The notes below the pieces were generated by a model. It had not been told where the DNA came from. It saw only the letters and a program-made list of their open reading frames with translations, and ran no database searches. A program made the translations under genes and the position numbers. From NCBI GenBank assembly GCA_947085185.1, contig CAMTVK010000005.1:1-64000 (forward strand): DNA of 64,000 nucleotides, given 5' to 3'. How positions within the stretch are numbered: the first letter of the stretch is position 1; every line of letters begins with the position of its first letter. Shown piece by piece: positions 36,717-46,298 of the stretch. This DNA is from Candidatus Fraserbacteria bacterium. GTDB lineage: Bacteria; Bipolaricaulota; Bipolaricaulia; RBG-16-55-9; DRXL01.

Positions 36717-38636
36717 ATGCACCAGAAGAACCAGCTCGCGTGGCTTATCGGGGGTGCACAGGGCAGCGGGGTTGATTCCGCGGCTAATCTTTTTGCCAAG
36801 GCCTGCGCCTTCGGGGGGCTCTACGTCTATGGCCAACGCGAATACTACAGCAATATCATGGGTGAGCACAGCTACTATCAAGTCACAGTCAGCGACCGCC
36901 CCGTGCGCGCGACTCGCTCGCTGACGGATATTTTAGTGAGTGCCGACGCGGAAACAGTCTTTCTCCATGCGCTCAGTGTCAAGCCCAACGGCGCTCTCAT
37001 CTACGACCCGAAGCTCACTGAGACGTCTCTCAGCAAAGTTGCCGCGCTAGAGCATCGGGCACGCCATGATCTCTATCAGTATCTTCGCGCGAAAAATCTC
37101 AGCGAGACGCTCGCAGGTATGCTCCAAGATGCGCAAGCCCGCGGGGTACGGCTCTATCCCGTTCCCTACGACGAACTCTTGCAGAAGATGACGGGGGAGA
37201 AAGTGCCCCAGCTGGCGCAGGCCAAGCGCATGGCCAACGCCATGGCTGTCGCGGCCTCGTGCGCCCTCCTTCGCTATGATATGAAGCTCTTGGAGCGCGC
37301 CCTGGAAGATATCTTTCACGGCAAGAAGAAAGTGATCGAGCTGAACTTGCGCGCGTGCGAGCTTGCGTATGAGTACGTCTCAAAGAATTTTGCGCAAGAT
37401 TTTCCCATCGTGCTGGAGCCGGTTCAAGCAAGCGCGCCGCGCATCTACGTGACGGGCAACCAAGCCACAGCGCTGGGAAAGCTCACAGCTGGCTGCACCA
37501 TGCAGACGTACTATCCCATCAGCCCTGCGACCGACGAGAGCGTCTATTTGGAAGCGCATCAGCTCTTCGAGCGTCAGGGCGGGCGCGGCGCGATCGTTGT
37601 CGTCCAGGTCGAAGACGAGATCGCAGCGATCACGATGGCGACCGGAGCGGCGCTCGCCGGAGCACGAGCCGCTACGAGCACCTCCGGGCCGGGGTTCTCG
37701 CTCATGGTCGAGGCGCTGGGCTGGGCCGGGATCAATGAGGTGCCCCTGGTCGTGACGCTCTATCAGCGCGGCAGCCCCAGCACAGGGCTCCCTACCCGCC
37801 ATGAGCAGGGCGATCTGAGATTTGTGCTCCATGCCGGCCACGGGGAGTTCCCGCGCATTGTGCTTGCTTCAGGAGATCTCGAAGAGTGCTTCTACGACGA
37901 GATCCGCGCGTTCAACTACGCCGAGAGATATCAGCTTCCTGTAATTCACTTGCTAGATAAAGCTCTCGCCAGCAGCAGCCAGACCCTTCCCGCCTTTGAG
38001 CCCCTGCGGGTACGCATCGATCGAGGGCTGATGCTCGAGAGCTCAGGGGGCGAGGGCTACAAGCGCTTCGTATACACGGAGACAGGGATCTCGCCGCGCG
38101 TGGCCTTGGGCACGCCCGCTGGAATCTTCTGGAACACCGGCGACGAACACGACGAGCTGGGGCACATCACCGAGGACCCCATCGAGCGCGTCCGGATGAT
38201 GGACAAGCGCGCCAAGAAATTAGAAGTCGCGGCTCGGGAGATCCCGCTCTCGGAGAAGCTCACGGTCTTTGGCGATCCCAGCTCTGAATTGTTGATACTC
38301 AGTTGGGGATCGCCCAAGGGGGCCATTCTCGATGCTCTTGAAGTCTTGCATGCCGAGAAGCAGTCGGTCTGTTTCGTGCAGTGTCGGCTGCTCTCTCCCC
38401 TGCCCAGCGATGAGCTGAGAGAATTGCTGAGCAAAGCCACGCGTCGCGTCTGTATAGAAAATAACTATTCAGGGCAGTTTGCCGGGCTGGTGCGCGAGAC
38501 TACCGGGGTCGCCATGGACCATCTGATCGTCAAATTCAATGGCCGTCCGATCACGATGGACGAAGTCTATCAGGCTGTGAAAGAGATTCTGTTGGGCAAA
38601 GCCCCACGAAGGATGGTGTTGACGCATGGCGCATAA
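36717..38636 (+). CDS. korA: 2-oxoacid:ferredoxin oxidoreductase alpha subunit (gamma-alpha fusion)
   Basis: [41 protein letters not shown] and ENN..GQ motifs. Confidence 0.92.
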   Translation: MHQKNQLAWLIGGAQGSGVDSAANLFAKACAFGGLYVYGQREYYSNIMGEHSYYQVTVSDRPVRATRSLTDILVSADAETVFLHALSVKPNGALIYDPKLTETSLSKVAALEHRARHDLYQYLRAKNLSETLAGMLQDAQARGVRLYPVPYDELLQKMTGEKVPQLAQAKRMANAMAVAASCALLRYDMKLLERALEDIFHGKKKVIELNLRACELAYEYVSKNFAQDFPIVLEPVQASAPRIYVTGNQATALGKLTAGCTMQTYYPISPATDESVYLEAHQLFERQGGRGAIVVVQVEDEIAAITMATGAALAGARAATSTSGPGFSLMVEALGWAGINEVPLVVTLYQRGSPSTGLPTRHEQGDLRFVLHAGHGEFPRIVLASGDLEECFYDEIRAFNYAERYQLPVIHLLDKALASSSQTLPAFEPLRVRIDRGLMLESSGGEGYKRFVYTETGISPRVALGTPAGIFWNTGDEHDELGHITEDPIERVRMMDKRAKKLEVAAREIPLSEKLTVFGDPSSELLILSWGSPKGAILDALEVLHAEKQSVCFVQCRLLSPLPSDELRELLSKATRRVCIENNYSGQFAGLVRETTGVAMDHLIVKFNGRPITMDEVYQAVKEILLGKAPRRMVLTHGA

Positions 38637-40734
38637 GCCACAAGACTACAAGACAGACGTGCACAACAACTGGTGCCCAGGTTGTGTGCTGCCGGGCTCG
38701 CTTATTCACACGAACCCCAACGTTAAGCCTATCGAATCTATAAAGAAAGGCGATCGAGTGCTGGGATGGGATGGGCGCTATCATAGAGTGACGGAGGTCT
38801 TTAGCCACCGTCACCAAGGGATAATGTACAGAATTCGTGTGAAGTGCCTTGGGGAAGTCACGCTGACTCCAGAGCATCCTGTCTTGATTGCCAGACGCGC
38901 TTCCCCCAAGCGGCACACCCAGGACTTCACCCTCATCTGGGAACGAGCCGACCACATTCAGAAGGGGGACTATGTGGCGTATCCTATCCCTGCCGAAGTT
39001 GCTCCCTTGAAGGACTTCAAGCTTCCTGTGCGCAAGGCGCAGGATCGGCGCAGTGCGTCCCTGCCTGAGAGTATTCCCGTCACTCCTGAGTTTCTGCGAC
39101 TCGCGGGCTACTATCTGGCAGAAGGATGGATAGAGAGGCGCACGGCTAAGAAGGGCCGATTAGAAGCATCTATTTATTTCTCCTTCCCTCAGAGGGAGAG
39201 GAGATTCGTTCGCGATATAGAGCAAATCGTGGCTCGTGTCTTTGGTCTCAGTCTGTCTATTCAAGAGAAGCCCGAAAAGAGATCAATCGAGCTAGCGATT
39301 CACTCGGCGCGCTTGGCGAGAGCGTTCCAAGAGTGGTTCGGCAGCGGAGCCGATCAGAAGAAAATCCCCCATGAGCTGATGCTCTTGCCTCCGCCACAGC
39401 AGCGTGAGTTGCTCAGGGGGCTGTGGCGTGGCCATGGCTGGGTAAGCTCTCACCAAGTCCGGGCAAGCTATAAGACTATCTCAAAGACATTGCGAGAGCA
39501 GCTCAAGCTGTTACTCTTGCGCCAAGGGATTGTGCCCTCAGTCTACACCGAACCAGCTCGCAGGGGCCATCGCGAAGCCTATAGCCTCTTTGTCACGAGC
39601 GCCAGAGACTACGGGCGCTTGATGGAGGTATTGGGCGTAAAGCCCAAGAAACTGCCCACAGGCAACCCCCCCTCGACGGTGATCGGGCAGAACTTTGTGA
39701 TGGCTCCCGTAGCAGATATCGAGACCTTTGAGTACGATGGCCCAGTGTGGAACCTCGAAGTCGAAGATGTCCGTAGCTACGTGAGCGAGTGTGCCACTCT
39801 CCATAACTGTGGCGACTTTGGTATCCTCAACGCAGTGCAGATGGCTCTCGCTGAGTTAGATGTAGAACCCCATCGCGTCGTGGTCTTTTCGGGGATCGGC
39901 TGCTCGGGCAAGACCCCTCACTATATCAATACGTACGGGGTGCATACACTCCACGGGCGCGTCCTGCCCTATGCCGTGGGCGCTAAGTTAGCCAACCCCG
40001 ATCTGACGGTGATCGCCGTTGGCGGCGATGGCGACGGCTTAGGGATCGGCGCGGGACACTTCGTCAATGCCGGGCGCCGCAACGTTGATATCACTTATAT
40101 TCTGCACAATAACGGGGTCTACGGGCTGACTAAAGGCCAAGCCTCGCCCACGCTCAAGCTGGGCGTCCAAACAAAGTCACTCCCACAGCCCAATATCAAT
40201 CAGGGAGTCAACCCGCTCTTCTTAGCTTTGGCTGCAGGCTATACGTTTATCGCGCGCTCCTATGCGTACGATATTAAGCACTTGGTGAGCATCATTCAGC
40301 AAGCGATCGAGCATACTGGTTCAGCGTTCATTGACGTGCTGCAACCTTGTCCGACATATAATGACATCAACACGCGCGAGTGGTACGGCGGCGAAGACCG
40401 AAAAGACCCGCAGACGGGCAAGCCCCTCCCCCGGGTGTATAAGCTCGAAGAGCAGGGCTATGACCCGCTCATCAAGCCAGGGATGAGCGATGCCGAACTC
40501 GCTGAGAAGCTCAATAGATTTATCGAGAAAGCCCTCGAATGGGGTGACAGAATCCCTATCGGTGTTCTGCTGAAGAACGAGACGGTGCCCTCCTACGAAG
40601 ACCGGATCCTTCAAAGAATTCCATTCTATCGTGAGACACCGCCAGCAAAACAGCCGATTGCGGACGCCCAAGGCCGACCGACCATTGACTTGACAGAGTT
40701 TTTAGAAGAACTGAAAGTCACTGGGAACGTCTAG
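38626..40734 (+). CDS. korB: 2-oxoacid:ferredoxin oxidoreductase beta subunit precursor containing an intein (327-aa extein)
   Basis: WCPG|...|CGDFG, SGIGCS, HGR, GGDGD..NN (TPP-binding), [11 protein letters not shown] and QPC motifs. Confidence 0.92.
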   Translation: MAHKPQDYKTDVHNNWCPGCVLPGSLIHTNPNVKPIESIKKGDRVLGWDGRYHRVTEVFSHRHQGIMYRIRVKCLGEVTLTPEHPVLIARRASPKRHTQDFTLIWERADHIQKGDYVAYPIPAEVAPLKDFKLPVRKAQDRRSASLPESIPVTPEFLRLAGYYLAEGWIERRTAKKGRLEASIYFSFPQRERRFVRDIEQIVARVFGLSLSIQEKPEKRSIELAIHSARLARAFQEWFGSGADQKKIPHELMLLPPPQQRELLRGLWRGHGWVSSHQVRASYKTISKTLREQLKLLLLRQGIVPSVYTEPARRGHREAYSLFVTSARDYGRLMEVLGVKPKKLPTGNPPSTVIGQNFVMAPVADIETFEYDGPVWNLEVEDVRSYVSECATLHNCGDFGILNAVQMALAELDVEPHRVVVFSGIGCSGKTPHYINTYGVHTLHGRVLPYAVGAKLANPDLTVIAVGGDGDGLGIGAGHFVNAGRRNVDITYILHNNGVYGLTKGQASPTLKLGVQTKSLPQPNINQGVNPLFLALAAGYTFIARSYAYDIKHLVSIIQQAIEHTGSAFIDVLQPCPTYNDINTREWYGGEDRKDPQTGKPLPRVYKLEEQGYDPLIKPGMSDAELAEKLNRFIEKALEWGDRIPIGVLLKNETVPSYEDRILQRIPFYRETPPAKQPIADAQGRPTIDLTEFLEELKVTGNV
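38683..39807 (+). mobile_element. Intein (375 aa) with a LAGLIDADG homing-endonuclease domain
   Basis: Block A C1-VLPGSLI, block [16 protein letters not shown] and LRGLWRGHG, block F VWNLEV..SY, block G LHN followed by +1 Cys. Confidence 0.95.
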
Positions 40735-40739
40735 AAAAG

Positions 40740-41132
40740 ATGGGCGAACTGTGGCGCACCGTACACAGATATTTGACGTGGGGCGACTATCTGGTCATTG
40801 CTCTGGTCGTGCTAGGAGCTTCAGCGACGATCCCCGTGCTGCAGGGGACCCCGCAAGCATCGGGGCGGTGGGCTCTTGTCCGTTTGGACGGACGGATCGT
40901 GTATCAGCTTGCCTTAGATACAGATCAAGAAGTGACCGTCAGGGGCCCCGCGGGAGAGACAGTGATTCGGGTGCAGGGGGGACGAGTGCGCGTCGTCAGC
41001 TCTCCTGGACCGCAACAGATTTGCGTCCGCCAGGGATGGATTCACAAACCCGGCGAAACCCTCATCTGTTTGCCTAACCACGTCACGGTCGAGATTCCTG
41101 GAAGTTCTGGAATTGATGCGATCTCACGATGA
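40740..41132 (+). CDS. NusG domain II-containing (DUF1312/EetA-like) membrane-anchored protein
   Basis: TM helix plus VRVVSSPGPQQICVRQGWI..GETLICLPNHV. Confidence 0.8.
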   Translation: MGELWRTVHRYLTWGDYLVIALVVLGASATIPVLQGTPQASGRWALVRLDGRIVYQLALDTDQEVTVRGPAGETVIRVQGGRVRVVSSPGPQQICVRQGWIHKPGETLICLPNHVTVEIPGSSGIDAISR

Positions 41133-41677
41133 TCCCCTACACGCGCAGGACGCTCCCCGAGGTCTGGCTGCTCAAGAGGATTCTCTTTGCGGCGCTTTTA
41201 GCTCTGGGGATCGTGCTCTATGTGCTCGAAGGGTTTTTCCCGCCGTTGGTGCCGGTGCCGGGAGCCAAGCTGGGGCTTTCGAATATCTTGGTGCTCTTCA
41301 CCATGATCTTTTTGGGCTACGGCGCGGGGATCTTTTTGGCGATTGCTCGAAGCATCTTAGGGGGCTTTATCGCGGGCACGCTCTTTGCCCCGGGAGCGCT
41401 GCTCAGTCTCACGGGAGGGTTGGTGAGCGCTCTCGTCGTCGCATTGAGCTTGCGTACGCTGCGCCCGCCGCTGGGGCTTGTGGGCATTAGTATCTTGGGC
41501 GCCATTGCCCATAACGTCACTCAGCTGGTTGTCGCGTATCTCCTCTTCGTTCAGATCACAGGGCTCTTGTACTATCTGCCGTTTCTGCTTATATTAGGGC
41601 TGATCAGTGGGTTAGTGACAGGGCTGATTGCTGTGTATCTCTTTGAGCGCTTAGGACGTGAGCTGGGATTATCTTAA
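41129..41677 (+). CDS. Gx transporter / heptaprenyl diphosphate synthase component I family (EetB-like)
   Basis: VPGAKLGLSNI, SLTGG and GISILGAIAHNVTQL motifs; multi-TM. Confidence 0.85.
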   Translation: MIPYTRRTLPEVWLLKRILFAALLALGIVLYVLEGFFPPLVPVPGAKLGLSNILVLFTMIFLGYGAGIFLAIARSILGGFIAGTLFAPGALLSLTGGLVSALVVALSLRTLRPPLGLVGISILGAIAHNVTQLVVAYLLFVQITGLLYYLPFLLILGLISGLVTGLIAVYLFERLGRELGLS

Positions 41678-41686
41678 AGAGAGATC

Positions 41687-42592
41687 ATGATTTGGGCTGA
41701 AGGGCTGACGCGCCGCTTTGGGGATCGCCTTGCCGTCGAGGCTCTCTCTCTAGAGATCGCTGAGGGCGAAGTCTTTGGCTTTCTTGGTCCCAACGGCGCG
41801 GGCAAGACGACCACCGTGCGGATGCTCGCCGGACTTTTGGCCCCTACAAGCGGACGAGCTCGTGTCGCAGGCATTGACGTGCAAGAGCCGCATCGCTTGC
41901 GCCCCCTCGTGGGCATTCTGACGGAACATCCCGGATTATACGAAAAACTTTCGGCATGGCATAATCTCAAATTCTACGCGGATCTTTATGATCTGCCTAA
42001 GCCCCACGTCCAGATTGAAAAATATCTGAGGCTGCTGGGCTTATGGGAGCGCCGCTTCGACCCTGTGGGGACTTTTTCCAAGGGCATGAAGCAGAAGCTC
42101 GCGATCGCGCGCGCTCTCTTGCATGAACCCAAAGTGCTCTTCTTGGACGAGCCCACCTCGGGGCTTGACCCCGAATCGGCCAAGACCGTGCGCGATTTTA
42201 TCGCACAGCTTTCTTCGCAGAAGCGCACGATCTTTCTGTGTACGCACAATCTCTACGAGGCCGAGCAGCTCTGCACGCGCATCGGACTGATGAAACAGCG
42301 ACTCATCAAAGTCGGCTCGCCCGCATCTCTCAAGCGCGAGCTCTTCGGTCGCCAGATCGTCATAGATCTGAAAAACCCCCTGGCGCTCCCTGAGGATCTT
42401 CAGTGCCCCTTCGTGCGCAACATCCAGATGAACGGGACAACGCTCTTGATAGAAGTGGACGACCCTGAAGAGCACAACCCCGCGCTCATTCGGAGATTAG
42501 TTGAGCTTGGGGCGCAGATTCAGTTTGTGCGTGAGCAGGATCGCTCGTTGGAAGAAGTCTACCTAGAGCTGATCGCAGAGGAGCACCGATGA
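41687..42592 (+). CDS. ABC-2 type exporter ATP-binding protein
   Basis: GPNGAGKT, FSKGMKQK and LDEPTSGLDP motifs. Confidence 0.92.
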   Translation: MIWAEGLTRRFGDRLAVEALSLEIAEGEVFGFLGPNGAGKTTTVRMLAGLLAPTSGRARVAGIDVQEPHRLRPLVGILTEHPGLYEKLSAWHNLKFYADLYDLPKPHVQIEKYLRLLGLWERRFDPVGTFSKGMKQKLAIARALLHEPKVLFLDEPTSGLDPESAKTVRDFIAQLSSQKRTIFLCTHNLYEAEQLCTRIGLMKQRLIKVGSPASLKRELFGRQIVIDLKNPLALPEDLQCPFVRNIQMNGTTLLIEVDDPEEHNPALIRRLVELGAQIQFVREQDRSLEEVYLELIAEEHR

Positions 42593-43338
42593 AGCGCATT
42601 CGGATTCTGATGCTGAAAGAATGGCGCGAGGTGTTCAAAGGGGGCAAGACGGTCTGGATCGGCACGGTCGCTATCCCCTTGATCTTGCTGGCGATCTCGC
42701 TCTTTCAGCTCTTTGGGATCAGCGACTGGCGCCAGGTCGACCCTGCAGAGCTTCCGAGTGTCGTCGGGACGATCTTTCTTGTGCCGCTCTTGTATTTTGT
42801 GATGTTCCCGCTCGTCATCCCGCACTCGATCGCGATCTATGCGATCATGAGCGAAAAAGAACAGAAGAGCCTAGAGCCCTTGCTGGCGACGCCGCTGCGC
42901 ACCAGCGAGCTCTTTCTCGCGAAGATGCTCGCTTCAGTCCTGCCCACGCTTGCGATCACGTGGATGGCCTTTGGGCTCTTTCTCGCGCTCGTACGAGTCT
43001 TACTTCCGGCGCATATCCTAGAGCTTGCATGGGAGCAGTTTAGCTTTCTCTGGCTCATGACCTTAGGGGTGTTTGCGCCTCTGGCTGCGACGTTCATGAC
43101 GTTGGCTTCCATGGCCATCGCCACGCGCGTGAGCGACCTGCGCACCGCGCAACTGCTCAGCAGCTTTGCGATGCTCCCCATCTTGATGTCCTCGTTCTTC
43201 TTCATCTTTCAGCAAGCTTGGGACAAGCCCCTCTTTCTCGGCTTTCTCTCGGGAGCCCTTCTGGTGCTCGATGTGGGACTCTTAGCACTGAACGTCAAGC
43301 TCTTTGGGCGCGAAGAGATTCTGACTCGCTGGCGCTGA
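42589..43338 (+). CDS. ABC-2 type permease
   Basis: KEWRE, SEKEQKSLEPLLATPL..ELFLAK and FGREEILTRW motifs; about six TM helices. Confidence 0.88.
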   Translation: MKRIRILMLKEWREVFKGGKTVWIGTVAIPLILLAISLFQLFGISDWRQVDPAELPSVVGTIFLVPLLYFVMFPLVIPHSIAIYAIMSEKEQKSLEPLLATPLRTSELFLAKMLASVLPTLAITWMAFGLFLALVRVLLPAHILELAWEQFSFLWLMTLGVFAPLAATFMTLASMAIATRVSDLRTAQLLSSFAMLPILMSSFFFIFQQAWDKPLFLGFLSGALLVLDVGLLALNVKLFGREEILTRWR

Positions 43339-43341
43339 ATT

Positions 43342-44226
43342 ATGCCCCTCACAAGCCCCTCGTATATCCGAGACATATTAGCTCGCCACAAGATTCGCTT
43401 GAAGAAGAGCTTAGGGCAACATTTTCTTGCCGATGAGAACATTTTGAGGAAGATCGTGTCAGCGGCCCAGATCGCTGACACAGACACAGTCGTTGAGATT
43501 GGTGCGGGGATCGGCACGCTCACCCAAGAGCTGGCGCAGCGCGCCGGGCACGTCATCGCCGTCGAGATAGATCACCGACTCATCCCGATTCTTGAAGAGC
43601 ATCTGCGCCCCTACTCCAACGTCACCATCGCGCCCCAAGACTTTTTACAGTTCGATCTGCGCGCGGTCGTTCGACAAGCCAAGAAGATCGCTGTAGTCGG
43701 CAACTTGCCCTATGGCGTGACAGCCCCAATCTTAGAGAAGCTTATCGAAGCTCACGCAGTGCTGGGATCTGCGACGCTCTTGGTGCAATGCGAAGTCGCC
43801 GAGAAGCTCTGTGCACGGCCGGGCACGCGCGACGCCAGCGCGATCACGATCTTTGCGCAGAGCTTCGCGCAAGTTCAGAGATTATTCTCAATCTCGCGCC
43901 ACGTCTTCTTTCCCGTGCCCCAGGTGGACTCGGCCTTGGTGCGCTTCGAGTTCTGTGAGCATCCAAGGTTTCGTGCCCCAGAAGATCTGTTCTTCAGGGT
44001 CGTCCGTGCGGCGTTCCATCTGCGGCGCAAGACTTTAAGACAAGCGCTCACTCGATCTCCTTGGCTTGCCCTGCCCCCAGAGCTCGCTTTGAGCGTTTTT
44101 GAGCGAGCGCAGCTGGACCCGCAGCGTCGGGGTGAGACTCTTTCTCTCGAAGAGTTCGATAGGCTCGCCCAAGCGCTCGCTACTCTGTCCGGGCTACATA
44201 ATTGCGCAGCACGCCGATCCCACTGA
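43342..44226 (+). CDS. rsmA: 16S rRNA adenine dimethyltransferase
   Basis: KSLGQHFL, VEIGAGIG, GNLPY, FFPVPQVDS and RRKTL motifs. Confidence 0.95.
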   Translation: MPLTSPSYIRDILARHKIRLKKSLGQHFLADENILRKIVSAAQIADTDTVVEIGAGIGTLTQELAQRAGHVIAVEIDHRLIPILEEHLRPYSNVTIAPQDFLQFDLRAVVRQAKKIAVVGNLPYGVTAPILEKLIEAHAVLGSATLLVQCEVAEKLCARPGTRDASAITIFAQSFAQVQRLFSISRHVFFPVPQVDSALVRFEFCEHPRFRAPEDLFFRVVRAAFHLRRKTLRQALTRSPWLALPPELALSVFERAQLDPQRRGETLSLEEFDRLAQALATLSGLHNCAARRSH

Positions 44227-44908
44227 TCTCAACTTCGACGACGTCACCGGGGGCAAGAGGACCGACCCCTGCCGGCGTGCCCGTGGCGATGACATCCCCG
44301 GGCTCCAGCGTCATAAAACTCGTGATCTCTTCGATAATGCGGGGAATATCGAAGATGAGCTGAGACGTATCGGAGCGCTGGCGCACCGTCCCGTTGACGC
44401 GCGTCTCAATCGTAAGGGGCCAGGAAAGCTCATCTGGAGAGACTAAGATAGGGCCAAGAGCTGCGGCGGTATCGAATCCCTTGGCGCGTACCCAATTGAG
44501 CTCCCACGATTGTGCCTCACGATCGGAAATATCGTTGAAGCACGTGTAGCCCCAGATGACATCGAATGCTGCTGAAGCCTTGACGCGCTTGCAGCGCTCT
44601 TTGATGACGAGGGCAAGCTCACCCTCGTAATCCACTCGTGAAGAATTGGGCAGGTAGATCGTGGCTTCCGGGCCGATGAGCGCTGAAGGGGGCTTGAGGA
44701 AGAGCGCTGGGCGTTGAGGGAGTGTTCGGCCCATCTCTTGGGCGTGATCGCGATAGTTCACGCCGACACAGACGATCTTCGTCGGCTGAGCCGGAGGAAG
44801 CACAGAGAGCTCGCTGAGCTCTCTGGGCTGTCCGCGCACGAGGACCGTATCGCCGACGAGCTCCCTCACGTATGCTTGGCCGTCTTCAAGGACGCGTACC
44901 CACCGCAT
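44180..44908 (-). CDS. Fumarylacetoacetate hydrolase family protein
   Basis: KIVCVGVNY, FLKPPS, DYEGEL, NDIS.R, AKGFDT and GDVIATGTP motifs. Start reassigned to ATG44908. Confidence 0.9.
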   Translation of the reverse strand: MRWVRVLEDGQAYVRELVGDTVLVRGQPRELSELSVLPPAQPTKIVCVGVNYRDHAQEMGRTLPQRPALFLKPPSALIGPEATIYLPNSSRVDYEGELALVIKERCKRVKASAAFDVIWGYTCFNDISDREAQSWELNWVRAKGFDTAAALGPILVSPDELSWPLTIETRVNGTVRQRSDTSQLIFDIPRIIEEITSFMTLEPGDVIATGTPAGVGPLAPGDVVEVEISGIGVLRNYVARTE

Positions 44909-45608
44909 AGCTGTATAGCTTACAGAAAGACCGGGGCAAGCCCACAAGGGCTGTCGTGGCGGTACGGCGCGGCATGGGGCTTGGCCTTCTGGCCCAGTTC
45001 CACACAATATGAAGCCCCAGCGCAAGCGTCCATAAGAGAAAGATCCACCCGATCCACCAGGTCTGCCAAAACGGTCGTGGTGCTGGTACGGGCAAGCACG
45101 CTCCTCCAAACGAGCTTGGGGGCTTGACGGGCTTGTTGACCCCTTCAAGCTTTAAGCTTCCATCTGGCATCTGAGGGTTAGCTGGCTGGGTCTCACCAGA
45201 GGGCACACAAGGGCGCGAGACCATAGGTGGAGGCAGCATCACAAGGGAGACATTTACAGCAAAGAGCACGAACAGCGCACAGACATATACCCCAAGGTGC
45301 GCTCGGATCATTCTGGGGAGGTCATGCCACATCTCGCGCCATAGAGCGACACGCCCTAGCTCAAGACGGCGCATGAGCGCCACCTGCCGAGCGCAGTCTG
45401 TGCACGTCAACGTGTGCTGAGAGACCTCCGTCAGCGTCCAAGCTTGATCGAGCGAGCGCGCTCCAACCTGCCAAGCATCAGTGAGCCGTCCCCTCACGTA
45501 CGCGTCTAGGAGAGCTCGCGAGGGGTGCATGCCCTCGCGAGGAGGTGTCCGCAACGGCTTCACTAAATCCCAAAACCAGCTCCAGTCATCGCTTTGATGA
45601 TGATTCAT
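44886..45608 (-). CDS. Hypothetical membrane protein with a zinc-finger anti-sigma (HxxxCxxC) N-terminus
   Basis: HPSRALLDAYVRGRL...HTLTCTDC; two TM segments. Confidence 0.6.
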   Translation of the reverse strand: MNHHQSDDWSWFWDLVKPLRTPPREGMHPSRALLDAYVRGRLTDAWQVGARSLDQAWTLTEVSQHTLTCTDCARQVALMRRLELGRVALWREMWHDLPRMIRAHLGVYVCALFVLFAVNVSLVMLPPPMVSRPCVPSGETQPANPQMPDGSLKLEGVNKPVKPPSSFGGACLPVPAPRPFWQTWWIGWIFLLWTLALGLHIVWNWARRPSPMPRRTATTALVGLPRSFCKLYSYAVGTRP

Positions 45609-46041
45609 GGTCAACCCCCTTCAGCTCCTCATAGATTGCGATGATACGCTCTTTGATGCGTGTCGGGTTGAACTCTTTGCCGACGAGCTGGAAGACTTCG
45701 GTCCAGTCGAGATGGGTCCCGCTGAGCTTCTCGATGGTCAGCTGATCGAGCTTCACGGTTTTGCGCCTGAGCGCCTGTCTGAGCAGTTTGCCCTTGGCGG
45801 GGTCGTCCACCAATGGCGGATAATAATTGCTGAAGAGATAGACGAGCAAGCCCCGCACGTGGTCGGGATCGTAGCGGCGCTTGGCATAGCCAAAAGCGAG
45901 CCAGCGTCGCGCTTGGTCGAGATTGCCATCTAAGCTCAAGAGATCCTCCATCTCCGCAGGAGGCAGATCGGTACAGCGTATCAAGTGCTCCGCGTATGCC
46001 AGTCGAATCTGTGGGCCGAGCGTACTCAGGTCGTAGTCCAT
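45586..46041 (-). CDS. Hypothetical 151-aa protein overlapping the anti-sigma-like gene
   Basis: Plausible soluble helical ORF; its 3' end overlaps the downstream start and contains that gene's SD (AAGGGGG). Confidence 0.6.
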   Translation of the reverse strand: MDYDLSTLGPQIRLAYAEHLIRCTDLPPAEMEDLLSLDGNLDQARRWLAFGYAKRRYDPDHVRGLLVYLFSNYYPPLVDDPAKGKLLRQALRRKTVKLDQLTIEKLSGTHLDWTEVFQLVGKEFNPTRIKERIIAIYEELKGVDHESSSKR

Positions 46042-46118
46042 CCGACCTGCATCCTAGCATATGTCATAATTATAATGCAAGGGGCTCGATTTCTGACACT
46101 TGTTTCTCCAAGAAGCGA

Positions 46119-46147
46119 TTGACAGAGCTAATCTGGACGGGTATAAT
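46119..46147 (+). promoter_or_regulatory. tRNA promoter
   Basis: TTGACA-17-TATAAT. Confidence 0.85.
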
Positions 46148-46156
46148 TTCTCAAGA

Positions 46157-46243
46157 GCCGAGGTGGCGGAACTGGCAGACGCGCGGGACTCAAAATCCCG
46201 TGGTGGCAACACCGTGTGGGTTCGACTCCCTCCCTCGGCACCA
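46157..46243 (+). tRNA. tRNA-Leu (anticodon CAA)
   Basis: GCCGAGG/CCTCGGC acceptor stem, CT-CAA-AA anticodon loop, long variable arm, GGTTCGACTCC T-arm, encoded CCA. Confidence 0.97.
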
Positions 46244-46298
46244 CAAGATCCCTGCACTCAGTTGCACAAACCCCAACAATTCGGTAATGATAGGGGTT

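Noticed and set aside
46157..46243. tRNA-Leu as an island attachment site
   Set aside because: No integrase and no duplicated tRNA 3' end were seen in the window.
45996..46298. N-terminal extension of the TPR ORF
   Set aside because: It spans the tRNA-Leu gene and its promoter; the true start is near 46287-46299.
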